From Candidatus Omnitrophota bacterium (GTDB lineage: Bacteria > Omnitrophota > Gorgyraeia > Duberdicusellales > 4484-171): a stretch of 64,000 nt of DNA. Within the stretch, counting starts at the first letter, position 1, and each line of letters opens with the position of its first letter. The notes under the pieces are model-generated. The model saw only the letters and a list, made by a program, of their open reading frames with translations, ran no database searches and was not told the origin of the DNA. The stretch covers positions 5,464 to 69,463 of the forward strand of contig JBAWWL010000001.1 of NCBI GenBank assembly GCA_037146775.1. The letters run 5' to 3'. Of the stretch, positions 42,001 to 54,000 are shown piece after piece. Position numbers and translations under genes: made by a program.

Positions 42001-45000
42001 ACTGGTTAGGCCTAGATATGATTCGTGATAAGCAATTATATCCGTCGCCAGAAAGTATAGATTTATTTCATCAAGCGTTTGATCCTTTAAGCGTGGTAAA
42101 TTTATATAGGCACAAGCTTGAACGCTTAGTTAAGCCCGATGGTTGGTTTCTATTTGCAAATCGTAGTGGCTGCACTCATCTATGGTCTTATGAGCAGTGG
42201 CTTCGAGAAAGAGAATACCCTTATTTAATATATTACCAGCGTGCGCCCCCGGTTGATTACCCTCTTACTACCTGGTGGTATGCAGCAATACAGGATTATG
42301 GATTATATACCATCAATGGCGTTAACTATGTTATTGTTGCCAGAAAACAATCAGGGGGTACACTTACTTTCTCTCAAACTCAAGATTTCCGCGTTTCATC
42401 ATCCATACAATCATCAAAATTAAAAGTATTAATACTATGTTCTGCCAACGAGAATCGTTCGCAGGTACTCGCGGTATTCTTGCGCCAGCAGCTGGAACGG
42501 GATGGATTAGGTCATAGTGTGGAGGTTGTCGCACGTGGCACTTCTGCAGCAATAGAATATAGAAGCGAACTTGGTATTCCGGCAGAAAAAAGTGCAGAAA
42601 CAGCCAGAGTATTAATTTTAGGGCGAGTTTCCTCTGAGCACCTAGAGCGCATAAACGTACCGCAAAGAGTTTCTTTAGAAGAATTAGAGGAAGCCGAGAT
42701 TATTGTCTGTGTTGATCAGGCGAATGTGAGCGTCGAGCTATTTGGCTTGTTGCGAGAAGAGCATCTTGAGCCTACCAGCGCTATCTGGCAAGATATCGCG
42801 AAAAAGATTATATATACCGATCTTCCTGACCCATCCCTGGCCACTTTAATGGCTAAGAATGCTCATATGGCCGTGTTTAATAGGGCAATTTTTTATCAGC
42901 TCATGAAAAAAGCCAGGAGTCTTATTACGGGAGTACTTATTTTAACTATACAGCAAAGATTAAGTGGCAAATATTTATTAAAGTGCAGTTCTTCTGCTAT
43001 TAGTCTATCTGATTTAGATTTAAGCCGGAAAGAATTCATTACAAGGGGTAGGTACGGCCTGCTTTTTAAGGTCCCGCTTGTAGATGGTACTCAAGCGGCG
43101 GTATTAAAAATATATTACCTGAGGAGTTTATCGCCGGAGCGTTTCGTGCCGCTATGTCAGCATTTACTTTCGCTTTCGCAAAAACTTCCTACTCTAACAC
43201 AGCAAGGATATATTCCAACATATCATTGCAGCGGTTTTTGTTCGGTGTGCGGACAAATAGATAATCCAGCTAATTGGAATTTGACCCTTTACGGCCAAGA
43301 TGTCCCTCAAAGATCAAATCACCATTTATGTTGTTTTATAGTTATGGATTATGTGCCGGGTAAGGATTTTAGTCATTTCTTGCGCGAAGGCTATGCTTAT
43401 AGAAGTACGGTTGAACTTCGTAAATTAAAAAATCTTCTTACTTTTACGCTTGCGATTGCTAAAACCATTCAATTATGCCACAAAAAAGGACTTATTATCC
43501 GCGATATAAAACCTTCTAATATTATGGTTGATATTAGTGAAAGGTTACATATACGTACTAACCTTGCTGATCTTGAAGGCGCATTTGTTTTACCCTTGTC
43601 ACCCGTAGACCGCTTAGTATATGAAATGTGTACACCGCTTTATGCTGAAAGTCTTGCCCCCTTTAGTCAGGACGCATCCGGCCATATTACTCCTGAGGCC
43701 TTAGACTTAGGTAAAAGATTTTTTGACAGGCAATGGGATATTTATGCTTTTGGCATGGTATTAGCCCAAATAATTTTTACAGGTTTAGATATGGATGCTG
43801 TGCAAAAACAAGAACTATTAGGTTTATTCTCTCATGAATATCATTCCGCAGATGACTTAGATAGTTTGAGGTTACAGTTAAAAAGAGCAATTATTTTAAA
43901 GCTTAGAGAAATCGCTGGCGTGACTATTCAGTCCCCAGAAAATACGTTACGAAGAGTACTTAGCGAATTAGCCTTGGATTGCCTTAAGCCCAGAGCTGGC
44001 CGGCCGTCGGAAATGGAAATAGTTGTCGAGCGCTTAAGGGAAATTTCTACTTATATCCAGCCTCGGGTTTCCTCGGCAATACTTAGCAATGTTGGGATGA
44101 CTAATAGTATCGTTCAATTTCCCGGTCTGGGCTTATGGGGCACATGGAATTATCGCCGGACTTCTAACGCAAAAAGAGCAACTTTAAGAATACATCAAGG
44201 TTTTCAAGATTGTGGCGATGTTACATTCACGCTTGAAAATGGCGGTATTGTTCTTTATTCCTGCAATGATTTGAATGTGAGAGTCACTAGTCGTGGCTAT
44301 GGTACGATTCTTTTAATAAATGGCCTTATATTAGCTGAACAAGAGGCGCGCCGGAAGCAGCTGTCGGTGCGCTGGGCGTTGGTTTATTATACTCGCGAGA
44401 ATGATGACAAGATGGAGGACGAGCGTATTGCAGCATTAGAAAGATTCTTAGAGAAATTATGTTTTGATAGTATTCAGCAAGCAATCATAAAGGATGCGCG
44501 TCTGAAGAGGCTTTTGGCAAAATACCCGCACACAAAAGCAGCGGGAGAATTTGGACAATGGTTTATTTCTTTAGAATTTTTGGCCTTATTACACCGCGAG
44601 TTGTTAGCTAGGTATACCTTTAATTTAAACAATAGCGATACTGTTTCTTCGAGTATTCCTCTTAATTATATAGCCAGACATGGTGTTGCTTCATCTCCTT
44701 CCCGTGGCAGGGATGATAGGCGAAAAAGAAGAGATCACAGCATAAAACAAAAGCGCTCAGCTCTCGGTTTAGCTATGTCTAGCAGCCGTGATGTAATGCA
44801 ACCCTTAGAAACCGGTACGCCTGTGTGGTATGACCAGTATTTTCCGCTTAAGCATGAATTAAAAGAGAAAATTATTAGGATTGTACAATGGAGAGAAAAG
44901 CCTGACTTTGCCCGGGGTCGTTCCGGATATATACGCTTCACTCAACCGCTCGTGTATGTATTAACTACACCCAGAGGAGAAAAGAGTTTTGCGATTTATG

Positions 45001-48000
45001 GCATTAAGATAAAAAACATGGGTGATTTTTCTCAAAACCACGCTTGGCTTCAGCCCGGTGATATCCCAGAAGGCTACATCGAACACGCAAATATGGTGGA
45101 AGTGCATCCCGTAATTGATGCAGCTTGCAATATTCATCCAGTAGTTGTTCCGCCTATTCCTTTTGGCGCGGAAAGATTCAGCTATGCTCGCCAAGAAGCA
45201 GAAAACTCTTTACGGGCTATACTTTCCGGTGGAGATGTTTTTGTGCCTTTTGGTTTTATTCCTTACCAGAACCGCTATTTTGTTGACCCGCGCACGGGCC
45301 AACGTGATCCTTTGGGTGTAACTATATTAGGTTATTTAGTTCCCGATGACCATCGTTTTGCAGATATCTTTTTAGAAAGTTATTGGCAGCCGCATCCTTT
45401 CGGAGGAAGAATTACTTATCTTAGTGATTATGGCCGCGCGGTAATTCCTGAATCTCAACGTACAAGCATATCTGGCTTGGCAGCTTTTACTGAAGTACCG
45501 ATTAGCGCATCAGCCCAGACACTTTCTTCTTTAAGCGAACAAAAACTTTTAGTAGCTGCTCCGCATTATTCAAATGCTGCTTACGCTGGTGGAAATATGT
45601 ATTACGGTGATTTAGTAGAAAGTAAATTTTCCGATGGTTTAAGTCCTGAGCAGGCATTTTTATATCAGTTGCTTTGGACTATATCGCAAGCGGTTTGTGG
45701 TTTAGATAAACTTTTAGTGCGTACCTCGCTTGGCGCAAGCATCGCCCTTGAGCGCTCGCCTAATCTCTATCAGGTATTTTTAAGAAAGTATTTTTCCGGT
45801 ATAGACCCAACGGCTTTTGCCGCAATTGACCGGTTGGCGTGGGATCTTCGCGATACCGCTAATCAATTTATGCAAGGAGTAGAGGTGACTTTGCAATTTC
45901 ATTCGATTCAAGAATATGCCCTACATCGGCAGTTAGTAGAATGGATTACTGTGTATAGTCTTTATGAAGTTTTAGCTTTACAACAGAATAGATTCGGCAT
46001 AAGAAAACCGTACGATATAAACGAATTCGTAGCGCGCTATCGGATTTATAAAGAGGAATGTCAACAGGCTGTTCTTTGGGCAACGCAAAACCGTGGTAGA
46101 GTGAGGCCGCGTTCTTCATCTCCGCTTGAAGAAAAATCTCCATCTCACCATTGGTGCGCAAGTAATCCCGCCACATTAGGAAGGTTTTTAGTAACTGCAT
46201 TAGCCCAAGCGCCTCATTTACCGGAAGTTCTTTTTGGGGTTATCAGGGTAAGCTTACGTCAAATAGAAGTGCTAACCGGATACATTACCCGCGAAGGCTT
46301 ACGTGTTAACCCTGGTTTAGTGAAAGCAACGCAAAAGTGGCTCGATGCTTTATTTATTCTTACTGATAGGCCGGATACTAATTGCCCGGAGGCTTTGCTA
46401 TCCTGGGAGTCTTTAGAAATACTTAAGGCTGCTGGGGTGGGTAGTATTTTGATTGAACCCTATCGCGGTAACAGCCAGACAGATGACTTGCGCGGCCTGC
46501 AAAAATCCGAATTAGTACTTACTTACATGCTTAAAGGTTTTGAGGAGGGATTGTCCGCAAAATATCAGGGGATTATTCTTCTTTCCTATCCGGAAGTGGA
46601 GAAGTTGACTCAAGGTGTCGTTAGTGCACAATATTTATTAAGCCACCCGCACATAGCAAGAACCATGAATCAAACTTTTAAGCGGGTTTTTTCCTTCCAG
46701 GCTTTTCCTCTTGTTGAAAAAAGCCTGGAATCTTTACGCAATAGCGCTTATTGGCTCAGGCAGCTTGGTGTGTGGCGCATTGAAATTCTACCCGCTGCTA
46801 AAATTCTCGGAGCCAAATTCGATAATTGTCCGCCTAGTGCAGCTCGTAGACTAATCGTTGTTATCGCAACAAGAAATATTCAAAGAGTTCATCTAAAATT
46901 TTCTGAAAATACAACTGCAACTTTGTTAGATAAACATCCCGGTCAGGGTTTGCTTAGTAGCAATCCTTCCTTGTGTGCGAGTATCAATGGATTGCTTTCC
47001 CAGGCTTGCTTGCGTCCAGCGCCTTCGAATAAAGATAGCGATGAGTATTATTGGTGGTTGGCAGGTAGGCCGTTAAGAGAGAGAGGTATCCGGAGTGTAA
47101 AAATTGAAAAATACATAGATGCAAGAACATCTTTAAAGAGGAATCCAAGGTGCAGGGCTTTAACCGACCGACAAGCTTTTGACCCATTAAGCTCATCAGC
47201 ATTAATATCAGTTTATCATCAATTAGCTGCAGAGTTAAACTCAGACAGAGACCTGATACGCGTACTTAAAACCCCGCAATGGAGCCCTCTGGTGGGTTTA
47301 AGCGATTGCCATGGTGGAGCATGCAGTATTTGGGAGTTGGCAACATTATTAAGAAAATTTTCCAAACCGGGGATATTGGTAAGACTTGATGACCATACTA
47401 AAGCTGATTTAGCTCATGTTGCTGAATTTCATTGGAAATCTCATTGGGGAGAATTTCCTTATATTGCACCTTTGCCGGGTCCGGGAGCTTTAGATATCCC
47501 TAACCGCTACGGTAACGTTGGTTTTACCGTACCAGCTTTATATAACAATATTATTAATGAGATATATTTTGTTCAGCGCCGTAACCTTGATAAAACTGTT
47601 GCTCAATCTTTTGAGGCTATGCTTTTTAGAACCGTTGATACGCAATACGGATATCGCTATGTTTATGTTACTTTTCCTGCAGAAGATCATCTCAGTAACT
47701 ATACGAGTCGAGGGGTTATCACCGAAGCAATACGAAAAATAAAAATGCATATTATTACTGATCCAGCACAAATTCCTGATTTATCCAGCGTAGATAAGCC
47801 GGTATTCTGGGATGTAGATGCTGACTGGCATTTTGGGAATTACTATCATGACGGTATGTCAATTGATGAAACTTTAAATTTAGCTGAGCAATATCACGCA
47901 GCTATTCGCAGAATGCCCGATGTGTATACTTTTGCATTTTCTTCCGAGACAACCGGAGGAAGAATGGTGCCGGATAGAAAAAGAGGCGGCATGATCACAG

Positions 48001-51000
48001 GAGGAATTGAGTTAGCAGAAACTAGTAATCATGCCAAAATTTTCTTAGGCTGGCAGGAAATATTTAGGAGATCAGAGCTAAGATTCGTTGGTGATGTTCC
48101 TGCTTTGTTTTCTATACCCGATGTTTTACAAGAATATCGGCAATTAGTTCAGGCTAGTTCGGCAGTAGTTATACCTAACGAAGAAATGTCTAGACATGCC
48201 AGCTCTAACAAGGCAAATAGTCGCATCACGCTTACAGAATATTTAAAACGTCACAAGACAACTATTCTTGTGTTTGGCGATACAGCGCTTCACTATTCTG
48301 TTGTAGATAGTATCAGTGATTTTAATGATTTGGTAGATGGCGTTATGGAACACGTTAAATTTGGTAGATTTATTTTGGCAGACGATGCGGAAAAAGGCCC
48401 GTTCTATTTTTATAGCGGTCCGGCAGTAGCTATCCACGGAGATCCTTTAGCGGAAGAATTTTCCGGGCAGGAATTAGCTTCGAGGCCAACCCTGTTTACT
48501 GCCAGAGGTGTACCCATGGAGTCGGTTTTAAAAAGTGTTTATAGCATTGACGATGGTAGTTTGTTGGTGGTTTCTTGCAACAAAAATGGGCAACCCTTGC
48601 GGGAAAGTTTTATTCCTTATGTATATGCCACTAACACAGTAAGACAATATTCGCAGCCTATAGCAGACATTACTTTTACGCAAGGTAAGAGGTTGTATTT
48701 TAACCCGCCAATAGTAATGTTGGTTTGCGATCAGCCCGGTTCATGGCAGCAAACCAGACCTGCAAAGATCAACGGAGAAAATTTATTAAATCACGTTGCG
48801 TCATATACCGTTTTTGACAGACGCCTGGATGTGCAAAGAAACAATACTGATGTTTCTTTATTGTTGGCTGCAATGCAAAATATTCCTCAATGGTTACGGC
48901 ACGAGATGCGAGCGTGGCAAGAGTCCCGCGCGTCTTCAGCGGCAGATTTTGGCATGAGTTTTCTAGATATAAGAAAGGGTGTTCCTGTCATTGAGTCTGG
49001 CACTGTTCTGTGGATGAATGTCCACGGATTTATCAAAGATGAAGCCGGCCAAGAGAAGGAAAGGACGGAAAGAGAGGCAATCGCAGAACTCCGTCGGAAA
49101 GGAGTTTTGTACGGCGCATACGATATTGTACCTTCAGTAAAACACCCTTATATTGCACTATACGTTCAGCGCTTTTTAGGGCGATTACCGCAGCATGTTA
49201 ATACATTGATTATGTGCGGTCATTATCTATATTTTCCCTCAGATGATGGTGGTTGTATGGAAAGAGCAATAAGGGGCGCGTATGAAGCCTTTAAATATAG
49301 AAACTATAATTTAGTATTGTCTCTGGATTTGATTCATCACTTGTCAGGCGTAGGTCATCATGTAGGCTTGGAAGATTTATTAGAGGTTTTATCTTTTACT
49401 CAGCACGGCCCGTATAGTACCAAAGTATTCTTTGATGATGCGATTGTTTCTCAATGGATAATACATCGAGTGGTTGAAGATTTACCGCTATCGGTACGTT
49501 TTTATACTTCAACCGGACTTATGCTGGAAAAATTAACCAGCTCTCCGCTCAAAGACAACATAACCAAATCCCACCCCGGAGGTGGGCTTTGGTCAAGACA
49601 AGCCCGCGTCTGTACTGAGCGAACGAAAGTGAGTCGAAATGCCAGCTCGCCGGTAGACAGAGGTCAGAGGTCAGAGGTCAGAAGTCAGAATAACGACAAC
49701 CTTATTTATCAGATAGGTGCGCATTCTTATTCGTCGAAAAATGAGGACAGAGAAATTTTGTCTGGCGCACCGTTTATTGCTGGCAATACCTCTAGTCCTT
49801 TACAGAAAGCTTCATCAGGTGGGCATCAGTATAAGCCTTTTAGCGCCAGGGAGAACGATGTATTTATTGCGGGAAATAAAGTTCGTCTTAAAATTCATGA
49901 GGTAAATAATGCTGGTTATATTAGGTTTGTTGTCAGTCGGCCACAACCCGCAGATTATAATCTACGGCCGGGTAGATCGCCGCCCGATGATTTTATCATA
50001 ACTGTTAATGCTGATAACCGCCCAACACAGATTATTCCCGGTTTTAATATCCGCGTGCAAAGAGTAAAGAAAAATAAAGCTGATATTATCCTTGGTTCGC
50101 CGCAAACTTATCCTTTTATAAAAGAAGAAAATCGTCCATCGGTTAGCTCGCCACAAGATTTCAACTCATTACTCGCTACTCAATGCTCACGACTTAAAGG
50201 TAGTTCGCCTTTACCAAATGCACAAGTGCATTATTATCGCCGCGGCAGTAGGTTTTATGATGAATTTAAAGGGGCTTTACGGCGTGATAAACAACATAGC
50301 CTTGAAGTTGTATTAGACATTCCCGCCATTAAGCAGGCTTTACCACGAAGAGCCGAAATACTTAATATTGGTTCCGGAAGAAACCCATTGCTTTCTGTTG
50401 GCGAGTATACTGTTGTCAACTATGATTCTCTTTTCCATGAAGAAAGGCAGACTTGGTCAGCCAGGGAGGAGGCTAATAAGGTGGGCGCGATTTTATGCGA
50501 AGATGAAATAATTGAAATAAAAGGTCATTGTTCAATGGCGTTGTGGTGGGATTTGTCGTTATTCATTTATAATTATGCACCCAGAACAACTATTTGGGAA
50601 GAAACCGTAGGAAAAACAGCTGAGCGAAAAGAACAGGTTTTTGCTGCTTGTCTGCAGCATGTCTGGTCAATTATTGCACCGGAAGGATTTTTAATGTTTG
50701 CAGGAAAATATTGGCCAGGCTTTCCTCCTTTCCATGCTTATAAGAGATTTATTTCCAGAATATTTAATGTATCGCATATATATGTTATCGGCGCAGCGCT
50801 TGATAATTCTGCTAAAGCCATAATTTTGCAAAAAGTAAGTTCAGCGCTTCAGGTTCCTATGCCTTCTTTGTCACTTACTTCTGCGGCAGTGCATTATTAT
50901 AAGCCCGGTACAGAATTTTTTGACGGATTTCGCGTAAGAGAACAAAAAGCCTCGCTTGAACTTGTTTTATCCATCCCGGCCATTGCGCGGTTTTTGCCTG

Positions 51001-54000
51001 ATGAGGCTGTGATATTTAATATTGGCTGCGGAAGAAATATATTGCCTAACCTTGGCAATCGTATAGTAACTAATTACGATGCTCTTTTCTGTGAACATGA
51101 TGCAGTATCCTGGTCTGCTCAAGAAAGAGCGCAACAAATAGGAGCTTTACTGCGCATAGAAGAAATAACTAAGATAACCGATAAATGTTCATTAGCCTTA
51201 TGGTGGGATTTACCGCATTATATTTGTAAACAAGCGCATAGGGCTTCAATTTGGGCTGATACCCAAGGCGAGCTGGTAGCACGTAGAAGACAGGTTCTTT
51301 CCACTTGTTTAGAGCATGCTTGGTCTATTATTAATCCAGCAGGATTCTTTATGATTGCCGGCACATATTGGAATCGGCATACCCCAGCCCATCTTTACAG
51401 ACGGATAGCAAGCTTGGCTTTCAATATATCAAACATGCATGTTATCGGAGCAGAACTGGACAAATATGCTAAGGCCATAATCCTACAAAAAGCAAGCTCA
51501 GCGCTTAAAAATACAATTACTCTCAGAGATTTAGATCTTAAACGTCAGGAACTTATTGAAAGGGGGGGGTTTGCTGCTGTATATAAGGTGCCAAGTAAAT
51601 ATGAAGACAAAACATATGCGGTAAAAGTATACTGTTTTGAAAATAAAGACGATCCGGAAGTAAGAAAACAATTAAGCAGGCTCGTTCGTTATGTGGCTGG
51701 TTTCAGGGTGCGTTATCCGGTATTAAAGGAGCTAGGGGTTATACCTTCATATTATGATTGGGGTTGGTGTTCTCTGGATGAAGAAGATGGGCTTATGAAC
51801 CCGCATTTTTGGCGCAGGGACTACCCTTATATAATCATGAATTTTATCCAAGGTGCAACATTACAATGTTTATTTGAGATAGAGCGTTGGGTATTGGAGA
51901 ATGACTGGACGCATAAGCTAAAAGTTGCCTTGGGCGTAGCCCGTTTAGTTTCGCAATGTCACAGCCAGGGTTTGATCATAAAAGATCTTAAACCATCCAA
52001 TATTAAAATATTCTGCGACACCAGCGCCCAAGAGCGTTTTAGTTTGGTGGACATGGATGCTGCAGTTCCTCAAAACTACAACTGGTTTAAATGGTCGTGG
52101 CTTATAGCCAAACGCGAACGTGTTCCGGAGTGGACGCGTAATATCCGTACTGATAGCTATTGCGAAGACTTGAGGCCATTTGTCGAAACCGATTCAAGAT
52201 TTTCGCGTCGCCAGGCGGCTAGAGCCGCAACGGAGCTATTTACTCCACAGTGGGATATATATAGTTTTGGCCTTATTTTGGCGGAAACGCTAAATCCTTT
52301 GGCTATGCTTGAGTATATAAAAGGAGGAAATCAGCAGTTAATTTCACGAAATGTTATGGCAGAAATCGAGCAAGCCATTGCGCTCGCGCGAGCTAGCGCA
52401 GAACTATTAGCTGAAGTTAAGGAAATAACTCATAGAGTAGCCAAGGGTTGTTTGCTTCCTCGTACGCTCGGCCGTTATCAGGATATGGCTAGTGTTATCA
52501 GAGATTTAGAAAGAGCACAAGCGTTGTTGTCCCAAGCTTCTTCATCCTTGGTGGATGGTAGAGATATTGTAGTTACGATGCCTCCGATAATTGTTCCGGA
52601 TGTAAGTCCAAAGATAGGGCGAATCAATGGCATGCCTTTTAATACTTTAACTCATGATTTGACATTGCAGTTATTTCCGCTTGAGCTGATTTTAAAATAT
52701 AAACCGCAATGGCGCGATCATTTGAAAGTTCATGTTGAAAGATTACACCGGCCGCTTCTTGAAGAGCATCATGCCCAAATATATAAAAGGTTGTTTAGGC
52801 GTGTATTTCGTATTGATATCAGTGTAAATAATTTTACACAACCAGATAGCCGATTTATTACATTTAGTCTTAGGCGCACTGTATATTCGCAATTAATACC
52901 AGAAACAGAAGTGGCTTATCTTTCATTGCTGCAAGAAAAAGATTTTATGGTTTTTAGGATGTTTTTAGCGCCGGCACTCCAAAGAGGAGAAGAAATCCAA
53001 GGTATTGGGAGTGCTTGGTATGCTGAAATCATAGAACCATATTTTATGAGTTTAGGCGCAAAGCACATTGGTACTTATTGGAGTTGTCTTAACGCTAACA
53101 AGGCTTGTCAGGCTTTCTTTGTGGGAAGAGATTTTTCTATAGAGGACGACGTATTAAGCTTAAAAGGAGTTGCCCTTTTCTATTATTATGCGGCGACTAA
53201 AAGTTTAAAAGATTCTCTAATAATTATTGAGAGAGTTTCTTCTTCTGTTTCAAGTCAGGAAAATGTTGTCAATTTTGAACAGATGCAGCAGTATTTACGC
53301 GCTTCAAGAGTAAAGATTGGTATAGTGGTTCCGGTTGCAGAAAGTAAAACAGTACTTAGCGCGGTTAGCCAGCTACGCGAAGATCTTGGAGGAAATATTG
53401 AAATTATTCTGACTGGAGACAGCAATAGAATTTTAGCAAAATTGCCACCCGCATTACAAGGTATAGCTGCCATTGAGCATATCGCTTACCCTGTGATGGA
53501 TAGCGCTTTAAGCGAAGAAACTTCGCAAAAAGCAATCTTAACTTATCAAGTTCAGTGTATCAAGAAAGGCCTGGAATATGTTAAAGCTGGTCTTGCCCAG
53601 ATTATCCTTAAGGGCGATGTGCCTACCGATGTATTGATGCCTGAAGTTTTTTCTTCTGCCAATGGCTTAAGAACTCCTGGTCAAATCATCACCCATTTAC
53701 GCGAATTCGAAAGAAAAGATGTTGAGGGTATATTTAGTATGAGCGATGGCGGCATAAATACTGTTCCTGATGCTGCAACCAGAGGGCAAATTGAATCCAA
53801 TACAAAAAAAGTTTTAGGTTATTTTGGTAATACCGAACCCGCAATATGTATTTTAAGCCACGCCGGCACATTCCCCACTATAGAAAAAATATTCCGGGCT
53901 AAGGCGATAATCTGTCCGGATATAGATTCGGCGAATATAATTTATAAGGCTTGCGCTTTAGGCCTCCCTTGGGAGCTAATACATCGCGCAACTACTTGGT

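Noticed and set aside
49658-49690. Heptamer repeat considered as a CRISPR-like or regulatory repeat array.
   Set aside because: There are only about 4.7 tandem copies with no spacers, and it is embedded in coding sequence. It is a microsatellite, not a CRISPR array. It is retained only as a possible slippage site.
50190-51515. Calling the duplicated 221-aa modules bona fide SAM methyltransferases.
   Set aside because: The glycine-rich loop NIG(S/C)GRN lacks the usual acidic residue and the third Gly of motif I. No clear post-I acidic residue or motif II/III was seen. They are reported only as Rossmann/MTase-like modules of uncertain function.
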